A stretch of 64,000 bases of DNA, from contig CAYHBZ010000002.1 in the NCBI GenBank assembly GCA_964355175.1, positions 396,537 through 460,536 on the forward strand, given 5' to 3'. Shown piece after piece: positions 55,313 to 62,090 of the stretch (position 1 is its first letter; each line of letters starts with the position of its first letter). Source of the stretch: an uncultured Gammaproteobacteria bacterium. Lineage in GTDB: Bacteria; Patescibacteriota; Patescibacteriia; Magasanikbacterales; GWA2-37-8. A model generated the notes under the pieces. That model ran no database searches. It was not told the DNA's origin and saw only the letters and a program-made list of their open reading frames with translations. The position numbers were made by a program, and so were the translations under genes.

Positions 55313-56116
55313 ATGATTCCATATTTCCAAGCCAATGCTTTTGCGATTGGGCCAATCACTATCCAAGTGTGGGGGTTGATGGTGTCACTTGGAATGTTGG
55401 TAGGATTGGTGATTTCTTATAAATATGCCCGTCGATATTTTTTGTCCGAACAGGTCATTTTGGATTTAGCGCTCTGGAGTATTATTGGCGGATTTATCAT
55501 GGCTCGAATTTTCCATATAATTTTTTACGCGCCGGATTATTATCTTTTACACCCGTCGGAAGTAATTTATTTTTGGCAGGGTGGAGCTTCGTCTATTGGT
55601 GGATTTGTCGGAGCCGCTTTGGCGATTTATATTTTTGCCAAAATAAAAAACTTTTCTTTTGTTGAGTTGCTGCCATATTTTGATGTGATGGCGGTGGGAT
55701 TGTGGATTGGATGGGCGATAGGGCGTATCGGCTGTTTCCTTATTCATGATCATCCAGGCACATTATCGCATTCGTTGTTGGCAGTGAGGTTTCCGGATGG
55801 CGCTCGATTTGATTTGGGTTTGTTTGATTCCATTTTAGCTTTTTTCATATTTTTTATTTCTGTTTTGTCTTTTAAAAAATTGGTTAAAATCCGTTATGGC
55901 CTGATATCCAAACTATCTTTTATGATATATGCTTTCGCGCGTTTTTGGTTAGATTTTCTGCGCGCATCGGATTTGAGTCAGTCTGATATGCGTTATGCCC
56001 ATCTCACGCCGGCGCAATGGGGGATGGCTGTGATTTTTATAGGATTGACTTTTTCTCTCTTTTTTGATAAAATCAAGTCCGATGTCATCCCGAATGAAAT
56101 GAGGGATCTTAAATAA
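55313..56116 (+). CDS. lgt: prolipoprotein diacylglyceryl transferase
   Basis: GRIGCFL motif and multi-TM profile; last 9 codons derive from a REP-like element. Confidence 0.85.
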   Translation: MIPYFQANAFAIGPITIQVWGLMVSLGMLVGLVISYKYARRYFLSEQVILDLALWSIIGGFIMARIFHIIFYAPDYYLLHPSEVIYFWQGGASSIGGFVGAALAIYIFAKIKNFSFVELLPYFDVMAVGLWIGWAIGRIGCFLIHDHPGTLSHSLLAVRFPDGARFDLGLFDSILAFFIFFISVLSFKKLVKIRYGLISKLSFMIYAFARFWLDFLRASDLSQSDMRYAHLTPAQWGMAVIFIGLTFSLFFDKIKSDVIPNEMRDLK

Positions 56117-56121
56117 TCACT

Positions 56122-56206
56122 GGAGAGGTCGCATAGTGGCCGAGTGCGCCGCCTTGGAAAGGCGGTATACCGCAAGGTATCGAGGGTTCAAATCCCTCTC
56201 TCTCCG
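56122..56206 (+). tRNA. tRNA-Ser (anticodon GGA), long variable arm, CCA not encoded
   Basis: Hand-folded: acceptor GGAGAGG/TCTCTCC, anticodon stem CCGCC/GGCGG with loop TTGGAAA, 16-nt variable arm, T-arm GAGGG-TTCAAAT-CCCTC. Confidence 0.85.
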
Positions 56207-56244
56207 CTGGGTCACGCTTATATGAGCAAAGGGTTCATATTCCA

Positions 56245-56276
56245 AAAACATCTCGACTAAGTCGGGATGTTTTTTT
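56245..56276 (+). terminator. intrinsic terminator after tRNA-Ser
   Basis: AAAACATCTCGACTAAGTCGGGATGTTTTTTT. Confidence 0.65.
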
Positions 56277-56405
56277 ACCAGATAAAAAAATAATTCTTCA
56301 TAAAAACACACCGTCGGGTGTGTTTTTATATTGACAAAAATGTATTTTTAGTATAGGCTCTAGCCTGATCGTTCTCGCGGATTTCTCGCGCTACAGGAGG
56401 ACATC

Positions 56406-56774
56406 ATGGCAGATTCTCTGCCGTTCCAAGAAGATCTGCGTAAGCCATTCCACATCTCAGTCTGCGACCGGATCGCTCTCTGCCTCACGGCAATGAGCAT
56501 CTCCGGTGGAAGGGAGATCCCGCTCGGCATCCAGGAGGTGACCAGAGACCTGGATCTCTTGGACAAGACCAAGGTCCCGGCCAAGGAACTGCCCAGTGTG
56601 ACAAAGGCCCTCTACGGCCTGCGGGTGATGTACGGCCCTCTCATGCCGACGGTTTCTCAGCGCCTGACCCAATCGATCGACCTCTTGGTCGTGTATCAAG
56701 AGGAGCTGGCCGAGGATGGCAAGCTGGATCGCGACCTCGTGTGGTTGCCGCCTGTCGTCGACCCGGTAGCCTAG
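56406..56774 (+). CDS. GC-rich cassette G: 122-aa soluble protein, no recognised family
   Basis: AGGAGG 5 nt before ATG; GC3-biased frame; TTGACA at 56331. Confidence 0.6.
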   Translation: MADSLPFQEDLRKPFHISVCDRIALCLTAMSISGGREIPLGIQEVTRDLDLLDKTKVPAKELPSVTKALYGLRVMYGPLMPTVSQRLTQSIDLLVVYQEELAEDGKLDRDLVWLPPVVDPVA

Positions 56775-56900
56775 CTGGTCTGTAGATTTTCACCCGGTCT
56801 TCGTCTATGTCCGGGTTGAGAGGTGTTCATACACCACTCCGTCCCGACTTAGTCGAGACGTGAATCACCGCAAGGTAGTGACGAGAACATCAGACATTCA

Positions 56901-56970
56901 GACTGTTCGCGCTCACTTAAGATTATAACTTGATTATAGTTTTAAGTGACGAACAGTCTTTTTGTTTTTT
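56901..56970 (+). terminator. long hairpin terminator of cassette G
   Basis: AGACTGTTCG..TCACTTAA-(AT-rich apex)-TTAAGTGACGAACAGTCT followed by TTTTTGTTTTTT. Confidence 0.6.
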
Positions 56971-57041
56971 CTAAAGGATATTTTATAGATACGGATGGCA
57001 ATACTTTTGGTTTGCATCAGCCGGATGAAAAGGCGGCATAA

Positions 57042-57070
57042 TTGACTTTTTTGAATTTAATCGCTAAAAT
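57042..57070 (+). promoter_or_regulatory. sigma70-like promoter of cassette H
   Basis: TTGACT, 17-nt spacer, TAAAAT. Confidence 0.55.
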
Positions 57071-57105
57071 GGTGTTCAGCCATTTTGGCTTTTTGGAGTT
57101 TCGCC

Positions 57106-57327
57106 ATGAGTGTAAAATATCGTCCGGGAACCGGCAGGGAGCCGCGCATCTTCCATGAGAGTATGGGCTTGCCCAGCCGGACGGTCGTTCAGATCGACTG
57201 GTGGACCTGTCCGAACCTGATCGTGAAGGATGAGCAGTTCGGAAATCGCGAACTCTGTGACTTTCAGAACCCGTCTTGGGAACACAAGTGCCAGGGTTGC
57301 GGTGCCGATCGTCCCGATAAGTCCTAG
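57106..57327 (+). CDS. GC-rich cassette H: 73-aa protein with RanBP2-like zinc-ribbon (WWTC...C-x3-N-x6-C-x2-C-GA-x-RP)
   Basis: TGGAG 7 nt before ATG 57106; GC3-biased frame; C-terminal motif shared with cassette I. Confidence 0.6.
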   Translation: MSVKYRPGTGREPRIFHESMGLPSRTVVQIDWWTCPNLIVKDEQFGNRELCDFQNPSWEHKCQGCGADRPDKS

Positions 57328-57335
57328 GAGGACTC

Positions 57336-57362
57336 ATGCGTATCCGCGCACCCCCGCCTTAA
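57336..57362 (+). CDS. putative arrest-type mini-ORF MRIRAPPP*
   Basis: Stop of cassette H embedded in TAGGAGGA; ATG 3 nt after the SD; 8 codons ending RAPPP-stop; homologous to 58764..58793. Confidence 0.4.
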   Translation: MRIRAPPP

Positions 57363-57387
57363 AAAAGGCACAGGGAAGTAGCGGAAT

Positions 57388-57453
57388 AAAAACCGCCGCC
57401 AACCTGTTTTGTTTCCAAATACAATTGGAGATGGGATAGGCTGGCGGTTTTTT
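57388..57453 (+). terminator. long hairpin terminator of cassette H
   Basis: AAAACCGCCGCCAACCTGTTTTGTTTCCAA...TTGGAGATGGGATAGGCTGGCGGTTTTTT. Confidence 0.6.
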
Positions 57454-57455
57454 GT

Positions 57456-57484
57456 TTGACTTCCAGAGAGGGATTTGATAGTTT
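57456..57484 (+). promoter_or_regulatory. sigma70-like promoter of cassette I
   Basis: TTGACT, 17-nt spacer, TAGTTT; -35 abuts the terminator T-run. Confidence 0.45.
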
Positions 57485-57523
57485 TGATGGGCGCAAATTT
57501 CGCGCCAACCAGTGAGGAACACA

Positions 57524-57925
57524 ATGACTTGTGGTCAACGTCGCAAACTGCGTCTTGATATGATCGTGGTCAAGGGCTGGAACGGTCGTCGCCTCTCCAA
57601 GGGGTGTCGGAAGTACATACGCCGTCACCTGCCTCTGGAATGGCAGGCGATCGAGGATCGTGCTCAACAGGAGCGTGAGCTGGTGCGGCAGATCGAGCTG
57701 CACAAGGCGGCTGCTCGCAACAAGCAGACGGCTACGCGGCCGAGCTTCTCCGCGCCGTCGTTCGCTACGGCGAAGCCTGCACCGGTGCCGGTCAAGCCTC
57801 CGCGGGATCCATGGTGGACCTGCAAGGCCGAAACCAAGGGAGGTTATTTCTCCGGCGCCTGCAACGAGCTGAACTACAGTAATACCTCCTGCACCTACTG
57901 TGGTGCGGCTCGCCCGGCAGCGTGA
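57524..57925 (+). CDS. GC-rich cassette I: 133-aa basic protein with C-terminal RanBP2-like zinc-ribbon
   Basis: GAGGA 5 nt before ATG 57524; C-terminus PWWTC..(11)..C-NEL-N-YSNTS-C-TY-C-GAARP, paralogous to cassette H tail. Confidence 0.6.
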   Translation: MTCGQRRKLRLDMIVVKGWNGRRLSKGCRKYIRRHLPLEWQAIEDRAQQERELVRQIELHKAAARNKQTATRPSFSAPSFATAKPAPVPVKPPRDPWWTCKAETKGGYFSGACNELNYSNTSCTYCGAARPAA

Positions 57926-57931
57926 GGAATC

Positions 57932-57958
57932 ATGCACTACTCCACCGGACCGCCTTGA
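57932..57958 (+). CDS. putative arrest-type mini-ORF MHYSTGPP*
   Basis: Stop of cassette I embedded in TGAGGA; ATG 3 nt after; 8 codons ending GPP-stop. Confidence 0.35.
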   Translation: MHYSTGPP

Positions 57959-57988
57959 AATATAGGTGGGCAGGGCGGAGGAAGATTA

Positions 57989-58053
57989 CATCGACCACCA
58001 AACTGCTTTGTATGAAAATTTTTTATATAGAGCAGAGTGGTCGATGTTTTTTT
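57989..58053 (+). terminator. long hairpin terminator of cassette I
   Basis: CATCGACCACCAAACTGCTTTGTAT...ATATAGAGCAGAGTGGTCGATGTTTTTTT. Confidence 0.6.
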
Positions 58054-58064
58054 ATTTGAAATAC

Positions 58065-58093
58065 TTGACAAAAGCTCTATTTTTGTCTATAAT
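58065..58093 (+). promoter_or_regulatory. consensus sigma70 promoter of cassette J
   Basis: TTGACA, 17-nt spacer, TATAAT. Confidence 0.6.
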
Positions 58094-58197
58094 CATTAGT
58101 TAATTAATGGTCATCATATGATGCACGCCCAAAGAGGTTGGTCGTGTTTCATACCGTGATCCGTTAAGGAACATGGGCAACTCGCGTAGGGGGAAAT

Positions 58198-58746
58198 ATG
58201 TTGGAAATCATTTTGGAACCGAAGCTCAAGAACAAGTTCCTGACCGCTCGGGTCAAGGCGCATTGCGGGGTCATGACATGGTCGTTTTGCACCGCTGAAG
58301 GCGGTGTGGCGATCATCGAAGCGTTCGTCCGCGAACGCGTCTGGGGCTGGCAGGAAACTCGTCCGCTCTGCCGCCAGATGGAAGCGACTTTCCCCAAGGA
58401 TGCCAGCAAGTTGGCCGCCTGGCTCAACATGTTCGAGTCCTCCTCGTGCGATGTGGCCGTTCAGCCCATCCATCTCGTGGATCAAGCCGGCGCTTCCCTC
58501 GCTATCAGTGGCAACCAGCTGCATGATGGTGTGGTCGCTACGATCGGTACGGCCGTCTGCATGCTGGATCACTACCTCGTTCGCGGGGTGTTGCGCAACG
58601 GCGACTGCATCTCCGCGACGCAGCAGATGCTCCAGGCTGGCATGACCGACGTCATTTCGGAAAAGGCGTTTCGTGCTTTGACCGGTGGCATTCCGCTGTC
58701 CGGTTTCAACGAGTACGACTACCGTCGGATGGTCGGTCAACTCTAG
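58198..58746 (+). CDS. GC-rich cassette J: 182-aa soluble Cys-containing protein, no recognised family
   Basis: GGGGG 4 nt before ATG; clear GC3-biased frame. Confidence 0.65.
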   Translation: MLEIILEPKLKNKFLTARVKAHCGVMTWSFCTAEGGVAIIEAFVRERVWGWQETRPLCRQMEATFPKDASKLAAWLNMFESSSCDVAVQPIHLVDQAGASLAISGNQLHDGVVATIGTAVCMLDHYLVRGVLRNGDCISATQQMLQAGMTDVISEKAFRALTGGIPLSGFNEYDYRRMVGQL

Positions 58747-58763
58747 TCAAAGAGGAGGAGAAC

Positions 58764-58793
58764 ATGGTTTCTATCCGTGCTCCGCCCCGATAA
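58764..58793 (+). CDS. putative arrest-type mini-ORF MVSIRAPPR*
   Basis: AGAGGAGGAG then 3 nt then ATG, 17 nt after cassette J stop; 9 codons containing IRAPP. Confidence 0.4.
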   Translation: MVSIRAPPR

Positions 58794-58824
58794 AGGGCGA
58801 TAGGAAGGAGTACGGAGACAAAGA

Positions 58825-58888
58825 AAGCCGCGCACCAACCTATTTTGTTTCTAAATTTTTGGAAATAGAATAGGGTGCGTGGCTTTTG
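58825..58888 (+). terminator. long hairpin terminator of cassette J
   Basis: AAAGCCGCGCACCAACCTATTTTGTTTCTAAAT...GGAAATAGAATAGGGTGCGTGGCTTTTGTTTT; homologous to 57388-57453. Confidence 0.6.
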
Positions 58889-58947
58889 TTTTCCCCTATA
58901 CAAAACCTCATTTTTTGTGTAGGATAAGGGTTGATAACTTAATCAAT

Positions 58948-59919
58948 ATGTACGAAATAGTCTTATTTTATAAATACATTCACATAGCCGATCCGGAAGC
59001 CTTGATGAAGGCTCAGCGACAGGTGTGTACCGACCTTGGTCTCAAAGGCCGTCTTATTATTGCTACCGAGGGAGTCAATGGTACTTTTGAAGGTACTAAA
59101 GAAAATATTGCCAAATATATTGCCATCCTCAAAAAAGATGAGCGTTTTAATAATATTCATTTTAAATTAAGTTCCGGTACGGGGGGTGCTTTTCCTAGAT
59201 TATCTATAAAAGTGCGCAATGAAATTGTGAGCTCTCATCTTGGTGAAAAAGATATTGATCCTCGCACTACGACTGGTAAATATCTACAAGCCGAAGAATT
59301 ACACGAATGGATCCATGGTGGCAAAGAATTTTATATCGTGGATATGCGTAATGATTATGAATTTGAAGTTGGCCGCTTTGCCGGTTCGATTTTGCCACCG
59401 CTGAAAAATTTTCGTGATTTATCTGGAATTTTGCCGTCTCTAAAAAGTCTCAAAGATAAAACTGTGCTTACGGTTTGTACTGGTGGTGTGCGCTGTGAAA
59501 AGGCGTCAGGGTTTTTGGTAGACAATGGTTTTGCCGATGTGTATCAGCTGTACGGTGGTATTGTGACTTATATGGAAAAATATCCAAATGAAGATTTTAA
59601 AGGCGCACTGTATGTTTTTGATGGTCGTGTCACCATGGGTTTTAATTTGACTGATCCAAAACACGAAGTGGTAGGGAAGTGTTGGTTGTGCAAAAATCCC
59701 GCTGAAAAATATTTGGATTGTGCCTTTTTACACTGTCGCGGCAAGCGTCACTTTCTCTGCTGTCAGAGTTGTGAAAAAACCAAACAAGGATATTGTGGCA
59801 CAATTTGTAAATTGAAAGAAAAATTAGGACCAGTATCGTTGACCATTGAACGTTTTTACTATAAAATAAGTAGTGTAATCAAAAAATACCATGTCCAAAA
59901 AAACCACTCTACAAATTAA
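58948..59919 (+). CDS. trhO: rhodanese-domain UPF0176/TrhO-family protein (tRNA U34 hydroxylase-like)
   Basis: N-terminal LFYKY..I.DPE...GL.GR.I.A.EG.NGT and CTGGVRCEKAS rhodanese loop; ATG 58948. Confidence 0.7.
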   Translation: MYEIVLFYKYIHIADPEALMKAQRQVCTDLGLKGRLIIATEGVNGTFEGTKENIAKYIAILKKDERFNNIHFKLSSGTGGAFPRLSIKVRNEIVSSHLGEKDIDPRTTTGKYLQAEELHEWIHGGKEFYIVDMRNDYEFEVGRFAGSILPPLKNFRDLSGILPSLKSLKDKTVLTVCTGGVRCEKASGFLVDNGFADVYQLYGGIVTYMEKYPNEDFKGALYVFDGRVTMGFNLTDPKHEVVGKCWLCKNPAEKYLDCAFLHCRGKRHFLCCQSCEKTKQGYCGTICKLKEKLGPVSLTIERFYYKISSVIKKYHVQKNHSTN

Positions 59920-60658
59920 AAATCTTCAAGCTTCAATCGATGGTATTAAAATTCTCAACGGTGTTTCTTTAAATGTCACTTCTGGTGAAGTGCATGTGAT
60001 AATGGGGCAAAATGGCTCTGGAAAATCCACTCTGCTTTCGGTACTCATGGGCCATCCTAGATATGATGTCGATGGCGGCAGTGTGATGCTCGACAAAAAA
60101 AATATTTTGAAAATGTCTCCGGATGAGCGTGCTCACGCTGGATTGTTTTTGGGTTTTCAGCATCCGCAAGTTGTGGCCGGTGTATCGTATGGAAATTTTT
60201 TGCGTACTGCTCGCAATACTGTAGCGACTGCCCGTGACAAAAAAGCCGCTGCAATTTCTCCAATGGATTTTTCCAAAGCCATGAAAGAAGAAATGGGCCG
60301 ATTAAAAATTGATCCAATTTTTATTTCTCGTTCTGTAAACGAAGGATTCTCGGGCGGTGAAAAGAAAAAATCCGAAGTGTTGCAGATGGCGATGCTCGAG
60401 CCCACAATCGCATTTTTAGATGAAATAGATTCTGGATTGGATATTGATGCTCTAAAAATTGTCGCCAAAGAATTAGTCGCACTTCATAAAAAACAAAAAA
60501 TGGCTTTGATTGTAGTAAGTCACAATCCAAAATTGATTGCGCTATTGTCTCCAAAAAAAGTACATGTAATGTCCAAAGGTAAAATAGTGAAAAGCGGTGG
60601 CAAAGATCTGGTAAAAAAAATTGAAAAAGGCGGCTACGACGCGTTTCTAAAAAAATAA
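59891..60658 (+). CDS. sufC: Fe-S cluster assembly ATPase
   Basis: GQNGSGKSTL Walker A, ABC signature FSGGEKKK; precedes sufB. Confidence 0.9.
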   Translation: MSKKTTLQIKNLQASIDGIKILNGVSLNVTSGEVHVIMGQNGSGKSTLLSVLMGHPRYDVDGGSVMLDKKNILKMSPDERAHAGLFLGFQHPQVVAGVSYGNFLRTARNTVATARDKKAAAISPMDFSKAMKEEMGRLKIDPIFISRSVNEGFSGGEKKKSEVLQMAMLEPTIAFLDEIDSGLDIDALKIVAKELVALHKKQKMALIVVSHNPKLIALLSPKKVHVMSKGKIVKSGGKDLVKKIEKGGYDAFLKK

Positions 60659-60667
60659 TTTTGGCCT

Positions 60668-62086
60668 ATGGCCGTACCTCAAAAAACCAAAAAGCTTCTT
60701 GCCAATACCGGTGACTCTTCCGCTTTTAGTTTCAAAACAGAAACTAAAAGTGTTTTTCAATCTCAGCGTGGTCTTACCGAGCGAGTGATTCGTGAAATTT
60801 CCGCTTTCAAAGATGAACCGCAGTGGATGCTCGACTATCGTCTCAAAGCCTATAAAATTTTTCTAGAAAAATCTATGCCGACTTGGGGCGCGGATTTATC
60901 CGGCATTGATTTTGAAAATATTCGCTACTATGTGCGTCCGCAAGATAAAGCCAAAACCAAATGGGAAGATGTCCCGTCTGAAATTAAAGATACTTTTGAA
61001 AAATTAGGCATCCCCGAAGCCGAAAGAAAATTTTTGGCTGGTGCGGGCGCGCAATTTGAATCGGAAATGGTATATCACTCGGTACAAGAAAGCCTTTCTA
61101 AACAAGGTGTGATTTTTGAGTCCACTGATGATGGGTTGAAAAATCATCCTGAACTTTTTAAAAAATATTTTGGTACAATTATTCCAGCGCATGATAATAA
61201 ATTTTCCGCACTCAATTCAGCGGTATGGTCCGGTGGATCTTTTATCTATATTCCCAAAGGTGTGCATGTAGAATTACCACTACAAGCATATTTCCGTATC
61301 AACACTGAAAACATGGGTCAGTTTGAGCGTACCTTAATTATTGCCGACGAAGGCAGTAGTGTGCACTATGTAGAAGGCTGTACCGCTCCGACTTATTCCT
61401 CTGATTCTCTACATAGCGCGGTGGTAGAAATTATTGTAAAAAAAGGCGCGCGTGTGCAATATACTACTATTCAAAATTGGTCTAGTAATGTTTATAATCT
61501 GGTGACTAAGCGTGCCTTTGCGCATGAAGACGCTGAGATGTTTTGGCTAGATTGTAATTTGGGATCCAAAGTGACGATGAAATATCCAAGCATTATTTTG
61601 GGAGGCCGTCGCGCCAAAGGTGAAATTCAGTCCTTGGCTTTTGCGGCGCACGGTCAACATCAGGATGCGGGTGGTAAAGTAATTCACTTGGCTCCGGATA
61701 CTAGCTCCACAATTATTTCCAAATCTATTTCCAAAGATAACGGTCGCTCTACTTATCGCGGACTCGTAAAAGTAGTGAAGGGTGCCACCAATGTAAAAAC
61801 TCGTGTGGTTTGTGACGCGCTCATGCTTGACGCGTCTTCTCGCTCCGATACCTATCCTACTATGGATATTAAAGAGCAAGATGTAGCCGTAGCGCACGAA
61901 GCCACTGTGGCCAAAATTGGCGAAGAAGAATTATTTTATCTCATGAGTCGTGGACTCACCGAAGAACAGGCGGCGACAATGATAGTAAATGGTTTTGCCG
62001 CTCCGATTGTAAAACAGTTGCCGATGGAATATGCGGTTGAGCTTAATCGTTTGTTGGCGCTGGAAATGACCGGATCAGTTGGATAA
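60668..62086 (+). CDS. sufB: Fe-S cluster assembly scaffold SufB
   Basis: 472 aa with conserved SufB C-terminal half (HEATV.KI.EE.LFYL.SRG). Confidence 0.9.
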   Translation: MAVPQKTKKLLANTGDSSAFSFKTETKSVFQSQRGLTERVIREISAFKDEPQWMLDYRLKAYKIFLEKSMPTWGADLSGIDFENIRYYVRPQDKAKTKWEDVPSEIKDTFEKLGIPEAERKFLAGAGAQFESEMVYHSVQESLSKQGVIFESTDDGLKNHPELFKKYFGTIIPAHDNKFSALNSAVWSGGSFIYIPKGVHVELPLQAYFRINTENMGQFERTLIIADEGSSVHYVEGCTAPTYSSDSLHSAVVEIIVKKGARVQYTTIQNWSSNVYNLVTKRAFAHEDAEMFWLDCNLGSKVTMKYPSIILGGRRAKGEIQSLAFAAHGQHQDAGGKVIHLAPDTSSTIISKSISKDNGRSTYRGLVKVVKGATNVKTRVVCDALMLDASSRSDTYPTMDIKEQDVAVAHEATVAKIGEEELFYLMSRGLTEEQAATMIVNGFAAPIVKQLPMEYAVELNRLLALEMTGSVG

Positions 62087-62090
62087 TTTT

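Noticed and set aside
7926-58905. GC-rich blocks as metagenome assembly chimeras
   Set aside because: This is unlikely but not excluded. The pattern recurs at four loci, the junctions fall in intergenic DNA without truncating any host gene, and AT-rich promoters and terminators with shared motifs are interleaved between GC-rich ORFs. The question still deserves read-level verification.
7926-58905. GC-rich intergenic blocks as large structured ncRNAs (the GC-rich IGR signature in AT-rich genomes)
   Set aside because: Each block contains a single long frame with an SD, an ATG and marked 3-nt periodicity of G/C, which indicates protein coding. Only the UTR portions look RNA-structural.
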